A DNA stretch of 54,909 nt from Methyloceanibacter sp. (GCA_036280475.1 DASUQP010000106.1:1-54909); one strand, 5' to 3'; shown: positions 9,653 to 19,304, counted from the stretch's first letter. Notes: a model not told the origin generated them from the sequence alone. Numbers and translations: made by a program.

Positions 9653-9812
9653 CATGAACCCCGAACCGAGTGAGCAGGTCTCCGCTGGCCCCCGAGCAGG
9701 AACATTTTTGGCTTCAGGCAATTAGTGTCGAGGGTTGCCGCCGGCAGCAAAGCTAACTGGAACACACCGATGCGCGTCCTTGGCGATGCGTGTCCGCAAT
9801 CGGAGAAAACAG

Positions 9813-10436
9813 ATGGGCCTCTTTAGCAAAGACATCAAATCCATGGACGACCTCTTCCTGCATACCCTGCAGGATATCTTTTACGCCGAGAAGCAGATCG
9901 TGAAATCGTTGCCGAAGTTGATCGAGAAGGCGACCAACCGCGAGCTCGCCTCCGGCCTTCGCAATCACCTGCGCGAGACCGAAGGCCAAGTCGAGCGGTT
10001 GGAGCAAGTGTTCACGAAACTCGGCCATACACCGAGAGGCGTCGATTGTCCGGCCATCGACGGCCTGATCAAGGAGGCCGACGAGGTCGCTGGTGAAGTC
10101 GACGACACCAAGGTGCTCGATGCCGCCATCATCGGCAGTGCGCAAGCCGTCGAGCACTATGAGATCGCGCGCTACGGCACTCTGATCGCCTGGGCGCAGG
10201 AACTCGGTCATGCCAACGTCATCAACCTCCTCAAGGCCAATCTCAAAGAAGAGAAGGCCGCGAACCTAAAGCTCAACGCCCTGGCCGAAGGAACCGTCAA
10301 TCGCAGAGCAACAGGGCGTACCGCCGCCGGCCGCCCCGGAGCGGAATCGCGCGCGGGCTCGACCCGGGCGGCGGCACAGGGGTTGACAAGGAAACGCACG
10401 GGCAAGGTGAAGCGGACCCGCCGCAAGACGAAATAG
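9813..10436 (+). CDS. yciF: DUF892 / YciF ferritin-like stress protein with basic tail
   Basis: LQDIFYAEKQ, HLRETEGQVERL, AQAVEHYEIARYGTL, LKEEKAAN. Confidence 0.92.
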   Translation: MGLFSKDIKSMDDLFLHTLQDIFYAEKQIVKSLPKLIEKATNRELASGLRNHLRETEGQVERLEQVFTKLGHTPRGVDCPAIDGLIKEADEVAGEVDDTKVLDAAIIGSAQAVEHYEIARYGTLIAWAQELGHANVINLLKANLKEEKAANLKLNALAEGTVNRRATGRTAAGRPGAESRAGSTRAAAQGLTRKRTGKVKRTRRKTK

Positions 10437-10569
10437 CCCGTGCGGCGCGCCAACGCTGCGTCCCGAATGCAGCGCAATTTGATGACCGCAGCGTCATTTC
10501 AACGATGGCGGGTTGTGGAGAGTACGGGCCTGCCATCCCGATGGACGATTGAAACAGTCCCTGCGCAAA

Positions 10570-10652
10570 GAGTCAGGGGTCTAGATGGGTTCCCCTCCTC
10601 CCGCCCACCTCTGACTCGGCCGAGGCCCGGTTCGACAAGAGCCGGGCCTCTC
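10570..10652 (+). ncRNA. Candidate cuckoo/alpha-r14-like sRNA module
   Basis: GAGTCAG...CTGACTC stem presenting CCTCCTCCC (10594-10602) in the loop, then a GAGGCCCGG/CCGGGCCTC hairpin; intergenic; no clear promoter. Confidence 0.5.
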
Positions 10653-10701
10653 TGCCGAAGGGCGGCACAAAGACGGTTTCGGAAAGCGGGAGCCGCTCCC
10701 C

Positions 10702-11721
10702 CTAGCCTCGAGAATAGCCGCCGATGATCGGAAGCACTTCGCCGGTGATGTAGCTCGAGCAGGAGGGCGCCGCGAGGAACACGAAGGCGGGCGCGATTTC
10801 TTCGGGCTGGGCCGGCCGCTTCATCGGCGTGGAGCTGCCGAATTCGGCGACATCCTCGGCCGATTGGTCGGCAGGATTCAGAGGCGTCCATACCGGGCCT
10901 GGGGCGACGGCGTTGACCCGGATGCCGCGATCGACGAGATGAGTCGCGAGCGAGCGCGTGAAGGCGTGAATTCCCCCTTTGGTCATCGAATAGTCGAGCA
11001 GATCCTTGCTGCCCAGGATGCCGGTCACGGACCCCGTCATGAGGATCGCGCTTCCCTCCTTCATGTGCGGCACCGCCGCCTTCGTCATGTAGAAATAGCC
11101 ATAGAGATTGGTCTTGATGGTCTGGTCGAATTGCTCATCGCTCAGATCCTCGAGGCTTGTCACATGCTGCTGGAAGGCTGCGTTGTTCACCAGGATATCG
11201 AGCTGGCCAAACTCTGCCAGCGTCTGCTTGACCGCGTGTTGGCAAAACTTCGGGTCGGCGACGTCGCCCGAGAGCATGAGACAACGGCGCCCCTCTTTCT
11301 CCACTGAGCGCTTCGTTTCCTCCGCGTCCGCATGCTCTTCGAGATAGGCGATCGCGATGTCGGCTCCCTCGCGTGCGTAAAGCACCGCGACAGAACGGCC
11401 GATCCCGGAGTCGCCTCCGGTGATCAGAGCGACTTTTCCCTCAAGCTTCTCGGACCCTTTGTAATGGGGCGCGTCATACATTGGCTCAGGATCAAGGTCG
11501 GCCTCAGAGCCCGGCTTCTTGAGATGCTGCTTGGGAAGCGGCGGAACCGGATAGTCGCGGGTGCCGGCCTGCATGGCATCCTGCTCTTCCTCGCCTTCAG
11601 TCTTGGGCTCGTCGGAACGATTGGCCTCTCGTTGAATTTGCCGCTGATGCCGTGCCGTGGCGCGCGCTTCGCGTTCGAACGACCCGCGTGAGGCTGATTT
11701 TCTCGGCGATCGCTTGGACAT
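10702..11721 (-). CDS. SDR family oxidoreductase (YghA/YdaD-like general stress protein)
   Basis: TGGDSGIG, NNAA, YSMTK and VNAVAPGPVWTP motifs; AGGAG RBS. Confidence 0.92.
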   Translation of the reverse strand: MSKRSPRKSASRGSFEREARATARHQRQIQREANRSDEPKTEGEEEQDAMQAGTRDYPVPPLPKQHLKKPGSEADLDPEPMYDAPHYKGSEKLEGKVALITGGDSGIGRSVAVLYAREGADIAIAYLEEHADAEETKRSVEKEGRRCLMLSGDVADPKFCQHAVKQTLAEFGQLDILVNNAAFQQHVTSLEDLSDEQFDQTIKTNLYGYFYMTKAAVPHMKEGSAILMTGSVTGILGSKDLLDYSMTKGGIHAFTRSLATHLVDRGIRVNAVAPGPVWTPLNPADQSAEDVAEFGSSTPMKRPAQPEEIAPAFVFLAAPSCSSYITGEVLPIIGGYSRG

Positions 11722-11906
11722 GGAAGTTGCTCCTGAGAATTTTCTGCGTGGACCGGCCGCGAGAAGTTGAACCCGCATCGATCGATGGCGTCTCCGCGAA
11801 GACCCGTGTCGCGAGCGCTCTGCCGACGGGGTGCAACGCTCAGCGAGCGCAAATTTGCGCGATCCCCGCGCTGCGTGAACGCGCGATTGGATCGCGTCGC
11901 CGCACT

Positions 11907-11931
11907 AACCGGCCGGCCGCAAAAACGTTCC
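11907..11931 (-). promoter_or_regulatory. EcfG-type promoter of the SDR gene (near consensus)
   Basis: GGAAC-N16-GGTT. Confidence 0.65.
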
Positions 11932-11960
11932 AGTGCCCAGAGTGATTTTCGCAGCGGGGA

Positions 11961-11985
11961 GGAACCGGCTTTCGCCTCTTTCGTT
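11961..11985 (+). promoter_or_regulatory. EcfG-type promoter
   Basis: GGAAC-N16-CGTT. Confidence 0.85.
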
Positions 11986-12056
11986 ACGCCAGCAATGCCT
12001 CTCCTGGCAGTTGTCCCACACGCTCCGCGTCCTGCGGACTTTGGAAAGGAACCTTG

Positions 12057-13148
12057 ATGATGAGAAGAGCCCTCTTGGCGGGCGCGGTCGCGTTGGCCGT
12101 CCCCCTGCTGTCCGGATCGCCAGTGCTCAATCCGGCAGCTCTGGCTGCCCCGGCGGCCTCGACCGAGTCATTCGTCCAGACCGTCGCCATGAGCGACATG
12201 TTCGAAGTTCAATCCGGTAAGCTCGCGGCCGACCAGGCCGGGAATGCGAAGGTCAAGTCCTTCGGTCAGAAGATGGTCGATGACCATACCAAGACGACGA
12301 ATGAGCTGACGCAGCTCATCAAGGACGAAAACATCACCGTCGATCTGCCCACCGCCTTGGACCGGGATCATCAGGCCAAACTCGATGATCTGAAGGGTCT
12401 TTCGGCCGATGCTTTCGACCGGGCGTATATCCCGACGCAGGTCTCCGCTCATGAAAAGGCGGTCGACCTGTTCCAGGGCTATGCGGATGGCGGCGAGAAC
12501 GCCGATCTGAAGCAGTGGGCGCAAAAGACACTGCCGGCGCTCAAAGGTCACCTTGACGAGGCGAAGCAGCTCTCTTCCGACATCAAGATGGCGGCCAATG
12601 ACAAAGACGGGCAGGCCACGACCAAGGATCGGCAGGCCGAGGTCACCGTCGAGACGAATAAGGACGACGATGTCCGTGTCGAAGCGCGGCAGCGGAAGGA
12701 TCGCGCGGCCTCGTTCGAGTATGTGTCCCGCCAGAAGCCGACCGATTGGACCGCTCAGGCCCTGATCGGCAGAACGGTCGAGAATGACGCCGGCGACAAT
12801 CTGGGCGACATCAACAACGTCATCCTCAATGAAAAGGGCGACGTGGTTGCCGTCACCATCGGAGTCGGCGGTTTTCTCGGTATTGGCGAGAAAAATGTCG
12901 GCGTGCCTTTCCAGGCGCTCGAGTTCAGGACGGACGAGGCACGGGCGGATCGGGCCACTGAGAGAAACGACGCTGACGAGAAGAAGGAGTCAGCCGATAA
13001 GCGTCGCGAAGCTCGCTTCGACACCGAGCACAGCAATATCCGCATCGTGCTGGACGCGACCAAGGAGCAGCTCGAAGCCGCTCCCGAGTTCGTGTGGCTG
13101 GACGAGCAGAGCACTGGCAGCGCGCGCGAGGAACGGGCCGTTCAATAG
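12057..13148 (+). CDS. Exported DUF4142 + PRC-barrel fusion protein
   Basis: Signal peptide; FEVQSGKLA...MVDDH...FDRAY...HL (DUF4142); LIGRTVEN...GVGGFLGIGEKNV (PRC). Confidence 0.85.
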   Translation: MMRRALLAGAVALAVPLLSGSPVLNPAALAAPAASTESFVQTVAMSDMFEVQSGKLAADQAGNAKVKSFGQKMVDDHTKTTNELTQLIKDENITVDLPTALDRDHQAKLDDLKGLSADAFDRAYIPTQVSAHEKAVDLFQGYADGGENADLKQWAQKTLPALKGHLDEAKQLSSDIKMAANDKDGQATTKDRQAEVTVETNKDDDVRVEARQRKDRAASFEYVSRQKPTDWTAQALIGRTVENDAGDNLGDINNVILNEKGDVVAVTIGVGGFLGIGEKNVGVPFQALEFRTDEARADRATERNDADEKKESADKRREARFDTEHSNIRIVLDATKEQLEAAPEFVWLDEQSTGSAREERAVQ

Positions 13149-13336
13149 CGAAGAACTGCGCGTTCAATAGCGGGCGGCTTTCGCAGGCTGGGTGGCAACG
13201 CTGCCCAGTCTGCGAATTCTTGCGCCGGCCTCGATCCTGCTGGGGTGAAAGTGCGGCTGGTTGTAAACAACCGCCGCTCATGCTCGCTTCAGACAGTCAA
13301 GATTGGTTCCCTAATTGCGCAAAAAAGTTTCTGGGC

Positions 13337-13361
13337 GGAACTCTATCCCCGCTAGATCGTT
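13337..13361 (+). promoter_or_regulatory. EcfG-type promoter
   Basis: GGAAC-N16-CGTT. Confidence 0.85.
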
Positions 13362-13403
13362 GAGTTTTCAGCAATGGAACACGATTAGGTAGGAGATGTG
13401 ATT

Positions 13404-13706
13404 ATGCGAGGAACACTTGTTGCAGCCCTCTTCGCCGGTTTGGCGGCTATGGCCTTTGCCACGCCAGCGTTGGCGTTGCCATCTTCGACGAGCATTCAGC
13501 TCGGCGCACCCAACCCGGGCGTCATCCACGTCGGGCGGAGAGACCGCTGGCGGCACTACGATCGGCGATACCGCGGGTATTCGTACTACCGGCCGTATTA
13601 CAGGCCGTACCCCTACTACTACTCTCGGCCGTACGCTTATTACGGCTACGGCGGATATCCGTACTGGTATGGGCGACCTGGCATCAGCTTCGGATTTTCG
13701 TTCTGA
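13404..13706 (+). CDS. Secreted Tyr/Arg/Gly/Pro-rich low-complexity protein
   Basis: AGGAG RBS, signal peptide, YYRPY repeats, C-terminal GISFGFSF. Confidence 0.8.
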   Translation: MRGTLVAALFAGLAAMAFATPALALPSSTSIQLGAPNPGVIHVGRRDRWRHYDRRYRGYSYYRPYYRPYPYYYSRPYAYYGYGGYPYWYGRPGISFGFSF

Positions 13707-13724
13707 GGCTGGCTGATTTCGGAG

Positions 13725-13752
13725 AGGGGCGCCCTCGCTCGGCGCCCCTTTT
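13725..13752 (+). terminator. Rho-independent terminator
   Basis: AGGGGCGCC/GGCGCCCCT stem followed by TTT. Confidence 0.8.
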
Positions 13753-13847
13753 CAACTCGGTGAGCGGCTTTCGCGCCCCCGAGATGGATAGCAATAAGGA
13801 GGGATAACAGGCCGCGGGGGCGGTCACGAAGGTGATGGAGACCGCAG

Positions 13848-14150
13848 ATGGGCTCCTTGAAACGGCGGCAGACGGGCTCCTTGAAAAAACCGCCTGCGCG
13901 CTCGCAAAAACAACAGTCCACGTTCGATTCGAACGAGCTTGAGATCATCGATCGCGTTTATCACGCAGCGTGGGCGAAGATTCTCACCCGCCATCCCGGA
14001 CATGACATCGATAAGGCTGAACAGCGCCAGACGGCGCTTCGCAAACGGTTGTTCATTCTGGCTGCCCGGGGGCCGGTCGAATTCGACACGCTCCGCGACC
14101 GCGTGCTGGTCACAATGCCAGAGACTTTGATGAACCCCACGCGCCGATAG
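13848..14150 (+). CDS. Hypothetical protein
   Basis: GGAG RBS; helical protein-like composition; no family recognised. Confidence 0.65.
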   Translation: MGSLKRRQTGSLKKPPARSQKQQSTFDSNELEIIDRVYHAAWAKILTRHPGHDIDKAEQRQTALRKRLFILAARGPVEFDTLRDRVLVTMPETLMNPTRR

Positions 14151-14159
14151 GAACCCGCC

Positions 14160-14402
14160 ATGTCTAGGCAAACTGGCTCATATGTCCGTGCCCTGAAGCT
14201 GACAGCGTTCTTGTCCGCGTTGGTAGGCGCCATCCTTCTCCAAGCTGTCGAGCCCGCCACGGCTGCTCTTAAGCACGTTATTATCATCGAGGCCGTTGAC
14301 GTCGGCTTTCCGGCGCTCATCCATGAGGAGACGCCGGAGCACATGGAGATTGCGCCCGCGAATACGATCAGCGTCGAGAAGGAGCCCGCGGCCGCCCGTT
14401 GA
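14160..14402 (+). CDS. Hypothetical exported/membrane protein
   Basis: Hydrophobic N-terminus; follows the previous ORF by 9 bp. Confidence 0.45.
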   Translation: MSRQTGSYVRALKLTAFLSALVGAILLQAVEPATAALKHVIIIEAVDVGFPALIHEETPEHMEIAPANTISVEKEPAAAR

Positions 14403-14415
14403 CATCCCCGCGCGG

Positions 14416-15339
14416 CTAGCCCAGACCCTCCTCTTTCAGCAGAGCGCGATTGATCGCCACTCCCGCCTTGGCTCCTTCGGCAATGGCCACAGCCACGAGC
14501 AGGACTTCTCGGGAGGCGTCTCCGGCCACGTAAACGCCCTTCACGCTGCTTTCTTCTGTGACGGGATCGGTGACGATGCCGCCCTTCTCGTCGCGGGCGC
14601 AGCCGAGCCTGGTCGAAAGATCGGAGCCCTGGCGGCACCCGGTTGTAAAGAACATGGCGGTGCGGGCCACGGCTTCGCCGTTCTGCAAATGGATCCTGCG
14701 CAAGGCTCCGTCGCCCGTACCCTCAAGCCTGCTGATCGGCTCGGTCCGCACCTCGATCGCCTGCTGCCCAAGCCGCTCCAAGAGGTCCGCCGAGATGGGT
14801 GACGCGCCGCCGGTGAACAACATCACGTCGCGAGACCACTGCTTCATCATCAGGGCCAAGCCGGCGCCCTTGTCGCCGGTGCCATAGACGGCGATAGCCT
14901 GGTCCCGGTGCTCGAACCCGTCGCAATATGGACAGTGGTGGACGCTCCGGCCATAGAGGGTGTCAATGCCGTCAATTTGGGGAATCTCGTCCGTCACGCC
15001 CGTCGCGAGCAAGACCTTGCGCACATTCACGGTGTCGCCACTGGCGGCGGCAACCAGGAAGCGGCCGTCCAATGGGGTTATCTCGGTTACCGGGTCGGGG
15101 ACGCCCGTCACGGTCGGATATCGTGCAAGTTCGGATCTGCCTTTAGCCAACAACTCAGCCGGCGGCGTGCCCTCTTGTCCGAGCAGGCAGTGCACGGCGC
15201 GCGACGCGCGATTTCGCGGTCGTCCTGCGTCGAAGAGAGACACGCTCCGCCGGCAGCGCCCGAGCACGAGGGCTGCGCTGAGACCGGCAGCCCCCGCCCC
15301 TACGATGGCAACATCTTGTGTTTCGTTCCTAGCTTCCCT
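14416..15339 (-). CDS. Thioredoxin reductase-like NAD(P)/FAD oxidoreductase, start codon unresolved
   Basis: DVAIVGAGAAGLSAA upstream of the track start, LLATG, HCPYCDG and GVYVAGD; in-frame TAG at 15340-15342 with no canonical start before the Rossmann motif. Confidence 0.8.
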   Translation of the reverse strand, partial: REARNETQDVAIVGAGAAGLSAALVLGRCRRSVSLFDAGRPRNRASRAVHCLLGQEGTPPAELLAKGRSELARYPTVTGVPDPVTEITPLDGRFLVAAASGDTVNVRKVLLATGVTDEIPQIDGIDTLYGRSVHHCPYCDGFEHRDQAIAVYGTGDKGAGLALMMKQWSRDVMLFTGGASPISADLLERLGQQAIEVRTEPISRLEGTGDGALRRIHLQNGEAVARTAMFFTTGCRQGSDLSTRLGCARDEKGGIVTDPVTEESSVKGVYVAGDASREVLLVAVAIAEGAKAGVAINRALLKEEGLG

Positions 15340-15406
15340 CTAGCCATTGACACCGAGCTGCACTAATGAGTCCCACCGGCCCAGACCTACGGTTCGCAGG
15401 GTATAC

Positions 15407-15432
15407 GGAACCCTTGCGGCGTGCGGCTGGTT
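15407..15432 (+). promoter_or_regulatory. Possible EcfG-type promoter
   Basis: GGAAC-N17-GGTT. Confidence 0.45.
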
Positions 15433-15536
15433 GAAATCCGGCCGAGAGCGCGGTTGGCGCAAACCGAGGCGTTCGAGGCATGCGCGCCACGCGGGCATCC
15501 CGACCCGCCGACACCGTCGAGACAAGCAGGTTTGGA

Positions 15537-16475
15537 ATGCGCCTCCTCATTCTCGTAAACCCGGGGGCGTCGCGGGCCGACGCCGCGCTCGAGGAGCTGG
15601 CCGCCTGGTTCCAGCAGAATTGCGACGCGACCTTTGTGACCACGCGCTCACGTGATCATCTCACGCAGATCCTGCTGCGTCACGGCCATGACGTCGATCG
15701 CATCGTGATCGGTGGCGGCGACGGCACGATATCGGAAGCTCTGCCGTGCTTGCTTGACCTCGGCAAGCCCTTGGCCGTGCTCCCCCTTGGAACCGCCAAC
15801 GACTTTGCCAGGTCGCTCGGCCTGCCGCGGGACTCGTTTGCTGCGGCGCGCATCGCCCTCGACGGGCCGACGCACAAGGTAGATGTCGGGCTCGTCAATG
15901 GCAGGCCCTTCATCAACGTTGCCAGCGTGGGGCTTGCAGCACAGGTCAGCCAGGTCCAATCGAAGGAATTGAAGCGAATCTGGCGGCTCTTTTCCTATGC
16001 GATCGGTCTCTTGCGCGCGGTGATCCACTCGCGCCCCTTCCGCGTCGACCTGACGATCGATCAGCACTGGACCTGGACCGGCTTGGCGTATCAGGTCAGC
16101 GTTGCGAATGGACGTTACCACGGCGGCGGGCTGAGAGTGGCGGAACATGCCGCCATCGACGACGGAAAGTTGAACGTCTATTTCGTTCTGCCGGGGAAGG
16201 TCTGGCAACTCGTCGCGGCCATCATCCACCTGAAATTCGGTTTGACGAAGCCGGAGATCCTGCAGCAGAAGAGCGGCCGCCACGTCACGATCCGCACCCG
16301 GAGGCCGCGCCCGGTCAACGCCGACGGCGAGATCGGCACGGCAACGCCCGCGGACATCACGCTGCGGCCGAAGGCCCTCAGCGTGATCGTGCCGCCGCTC
16401 GGCGGCGGGGAGGAGTCGACCCTCGTCACCCAGACCGGGCAAGCACGTCCCGTTGATAGAGACGCTCCGCGGTGA
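15537..16475 (+). CDS. Diacylglycerol kinase family (YegS-like) lipid kinase
   Basis: VNP, GGGDGT, LPLGTANDFA, NGRYHGGG, NADGE. Confidence 0.92.
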   Translation: MRLLILVNPGASRADAALEELAAWFQQNCDATFVTTRSRDHLTQILLRHGHDVDRIVIGGGDGTISEALPCLLDLGKPLAVLPLGTANDFARSLGLPRDSFAAARIALDGPTHKVDVGLVNGRPFINVASVGLAAQVSQVQSKELKRIWRLFSYAIGLLRAVIHSRPFRVDLTIDQHWTWTGLAYQVSVANGRYHGGGLRVAEHAAIDDGKLNVYFVLPGKVWQLVAAIIHLKFGLTKPEILQQKSGRHVTIRTRRPRPVNADGEIGTATPADITLRPKALSVIVPPLGGGEESTLVTQTGQARPVDRDAPR

Positions 16476-16486
16476 TCCCTGCCGAG

Positions 16487-16984
16487 TCAGCCGGAGCGAC
16501 CGCGCTTTTCCCTGCGTAACCGCAGCTTCTTGCCGGCTAGGCGTTCGAGGTAGGCCGACTCCAACCAGTAGATGCCGACGAGAGTGGCCAACGCGAAGAT
16601 CACAGCGATGGCGATCACGTTCCAGGCGGCCAGCCCACAGGCTATGCCGAGCGCCGCCGTAAGCCACACAGTCGAAGCGGTCGTCAATCCTTCGACGGTG
16701 TGAGCCTTATGGTCACGCAGGATCACACCGGCGCCGATGAAGCCGATGCCGCCCATGACGCCTTGGATGATCCCCTGCACCACGCGGCTGAGAGCGTCGG
16801 GATGGTCATCGAGATTCTGGAAGTGGATCGTTGCAACTGAGACGACCGCCGCCCCAAGCGAGACGAGCGCAAGCGTCCGCATGCCCATGGGCTTGCCCGC
16901 AAGATCGCGATTGAGCCCGACGAGCACGCCCACAAGGACGGCTGAGGCCAAACGGAGCGCGGCGTCTGCGGTGTCAGGTTCCAT
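16487..16984 (-). CDS. MgtC/SapB family membrane protein
   Basis: GMRTLALV, GIGFIGAG, GLTTASTVW. Confidence 0.9.
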   Translation of the reverse strand: MEPDTADAALRLASAVLVGVLVGLNRDLAGKPMGMRTLALVSLGAAVVSVATIHFQNLDDHPDALSRVVQGIIQGVMGGIGFIGAGVILRDHKAHTVEGLTTASTVWLTAALGIACGLAAWNVIAIAVIFALATLVGIYWLESAYLERLAGKKLRLRREKRGRSG

Positions 16985-17073
16985 GTGTCATAGTAAATTC
17001 ACAGAACCATAGATGGTTCATTAACGGGGCCATAGAGGGTTCTGACGCCCGCGTCCGGCGTCCGCGCGGCTGC

Positions 17074-17098
17074 GGAACAACTTCATCGCGCAGACATT
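17074..17098 (+). promoter_or_regulatory. EcfG-type promoter (near consensus)
   Basis: GGAAC-N16-CATT. Confidence 0.55.
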
Positions 17099-17210
17099 CT
17101 TGCTTGAGAGGATGGTCGCTCAACCGATATCCAAGACCCTTCGGCCGCTCGATGACCAAAACGGGCCTCGGCCGCACGCCGCCTGAGAGCCCGACCTTAG
17201 AGACGCCGTC

Positions 17211-18251
17211 ATGAGCCCCCGCCCCGCGCGACCGAACGATTTTGACGAGTTTGTAAAACGGAGCCTCTTCGTTGCCGCCCTCGTGGGTCTCGGCATTCTG
17301 CTCTGGTTCTTGTGGGGCGTGCTGCTCCTGATCTTCGCCGGCGCTCTCTTGGCTATTGCCATCCGCGACCTTGCCATGCCGTTTGCGCGCTGGACGCCGC
17401 TTGGAACCGGTGGCGCAATTGCCCTTGTGGTGATTCTGCTCCTGGTCGTCTTGTCGGGCACCGGGCTTGTGCTTGGAACGCAGCTCATCGCTCAGCTCGG
17501 CGAGTTGTGGACGAGGCTGCCCGAGTTCGCAGGAAGCGCTCGACAGTTCATCGGCCAGGCGCCGATCGGACGGACGGTGTTGCAGCTGCTCCCCGATTGG
17601 GAAACGATATTCCGAGGGATCACCGCCGGAAGCGCCTTGACGGCCGCGACAACCACGCTTGGCGTCGTCGCCAACGTTCTGATCGTCATTTTCCTCGCTT
17701 TGTTCTTTGCCCTCACGCCGAGACTCTACACGCGGGGCCTGGTCGCGCTACTCCCTCCCGCTCATCGGGCTCGTGGGCAGGAAGTGCTGGCGGAAACCGC
17801 CAAGGCGCTGCGGGCCTGGCTGCGCGGGCAGTTCGTGGCGATGATCGCCGTAGGGGTCGTTACTTGGATCGGCCTCACGCTGCTCGGCGTTCCACTTGCC
17901 CTCGGTCTCGCGTTCCTCGCGTTCCTGCTCGAGTTCATTCCCGTGCTTGGACCGATCGCTGCGTCTATCCCCGCCATCTTGGTGGGCCTGTCGATCAGTC
18001 CACTGCTCGGGCTCTGGGTGGCGCTGCTCTATATCGTGATCCAGCAGGTCGAGAGCTACCTCCTGCTTCCGCTTATCCAGCGCTGGGCGGTCAATCTTCC
18101 GCCGGCGCTCACCCTGATCGGGATCGTCGCCTTCGGCGTTCTCTTCGGTTGGATCGGCGTGCTGTTGGCCACGCCCTTGATGGTCGCGACCATCGTGTGG
18201 GTCAGGGAGGTGTACGTCGAATCAATTCTGGAGCCCGAGAAGAAACAGTAA
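17211..18251 (+). CDS. AI-2E family transporter
   Basis: Multiple TM helices; WLRGQ, FIPVLGP, QQVESYLLLP, GVLLATPL. Confidence 0.9.
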   Translation: MSPRPARPNDFDEFVKRSLFVAALVGLGILLWFLWGVLLLIFAGALLAIAIRDLAMPFARWTPLGTGGAIALVVILLLVVLSGTGLVLGTQLIAQLGELWTRLPEFAGSARQFIGQAPIGRTVLQLLPDWETIFRGITAGSALTAATTTLGVVANVLIVIFLALFFALTPRLYTRGLVALLPPAHRARGQEVLAETAKALRAWLRGQFVAMIAVGVVTWIGLTLLGVPLALGLAFLAFLLEFIPVLGPIAASIPAILVGLSISPLLGLWVALLYIVIQQVESYLLLPLIQRWAVNLPPALTLIGIVAFGVLFGWIGVLLATPLMVATIVWVREVYVESILEPEKKQ

Positions 18252-18271
18252 CGGTCCCATTCCGCGAGGAT

Positions 18272-18296
18272 GGAACGATTGCCTCCGCAATTTGTT
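18272..18296 (+). promoter_or_regulatory. EcfG-type promoter (near consensus)
   Basis: GGAAC-N16-TGTT. Confidence 0.7.
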
Positions 18297-18329
18297 GTCC
18301 GGCCAGCAACGCAAACTCGGAGGTTCACC

Positions 18330-18713
18330 ATGACCAAAGCAACTGCCCACCCGGATCATCGCCTCATTTCAAGCGAGGACGTTCACGGCACCAACGTGTA
18401 CGGCGTTGGTGACGAAGCTATCGGGGAGATCGACCACCTGCTCATCGAGAAGGTTTCCGGTCGCGTCTCTTACGCCGTCATGAGTTTCGGAGGATTTCTC
18501 GGCCTCGGACACAGTCACTATCCGATCCCGTGGTCTGCCCTGAAGTATGACACCGCACTCGGTGGCTATCGCACGGGCATCACGGAAGGACAGCTGAGGG
18601 ATGCGCCCGAGTTTAGTGACGACTCCTGGGAGGATCGCGACTGGGAGACTCGCACGCATGAGCATTATGGCGCCCCGCCCTATTGGGGGGATGGCCGCAG
18701 AGAAGCAGCGTAG
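18330..18713 (+). CDS. PRC-barrel domain protein
   Basis: V.GT.VY, YAVMSFGGFLGLG, PIPWSALKYD; GGAGG RBS. Confidence 0.92.
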   Translation: MTKATAHPDHRLISSEDVHGTNVYGVGDEAIGEIDHLLIEKVSGRVSYAVMSFGGFLGLGHSHYPIPWSALKYDTALGGYRTGITEGQLRDAPEFSDDSWEDRDWETRTHEHYGAPPYWGDGRREAA

Positions 18714-18735
18714 CCTTGCGCTGTGAGGCGCAAGC

Positions 18736-19182
18736 CTACGCGGAAGCCCGGCCCCAAGAGGACCGGGCTTCTTTCATTTCAGGCCATGATGGCGCCGGGC
18801 CACTTGGCACCTGCCAACCGGTTGCACCGGCAATGGCTTCTGCGAGGCGATGCGGCGCCACAGGCTTGGCGCACACGTGAACCTCAGGCAGCGCTTCGCG
18901 AATGCGGGCGACAGTGTCGGGATCGCTGTGGCCGGTGACGAACAACACCGGGATGTCACAAGCGTCCCGCAGCCATTTGGCGGCCTTTATCCCCTGCAAA
19001 CCCTCGTCGAGATAGACGTCCATCAACACGAGATCGGGCCGGCGGCTGGTGGCAAGCTCGACCGCCTCTCTTGGGTTCGAGGCCAGTCCACAAACGTCGA
19101 AACCGAGCGCGCGAAGGATCGCCTCCAAGTCGATGGCTATCAGGGGCTCATTCTCGACAATCAATGCGCGCTGGGCTGCCAT
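18736..19182 (-). CDS. Single-domain response regulator
   Basis: LIVENE, PDLVLMDV, PVLFVTG, KP. Confidence 0.88.
   Translation of the reverse strand: MAAQRALIVENEPLIAIDLEAILRALGFDVCGLASNPREAVELATSRRPDLVLMDVYLDEGLQGIKAAKWLRDACDIPVLFVTGHSDPDTVARIREALPEVHVCAKPVAPHRLAEAIAGATGWQVPSGPAPSWPEMKEARSSWGRASA
18743..18774 (+). terminator. Terminator after the PRC gene
   Basis: GAAGCCCGG/CCGGGCTTC followed by TTT. Confidence 0.7.
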
Positions 19183-19304
19183 CAGGCTTCCTTTCTCGAA
19201 GTGCCCTTCTCCTAACGTCTAGGCGCGCTTTTTGTGCCGATGTTTTCGCGCAAAGGCCCCGCTTTTTCGGCGCAATTTCTCAAGGCCGCTGGGGCCAATA
19301 TGCC

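Noticed and set aside
9699-9783. Two GGAAC sites upstream of yciF
   Set aside because: The -10 elements (AATT, TTGG) deviate too much to call
13844-13887. 24-bp-period repeat at a gene start
   Set aside because: Real but only two in-frame copies (GSLK); no evidence of function
18736-19182. phyR
   Set aside because: Receiver only; no sigma-like N-terminal domain
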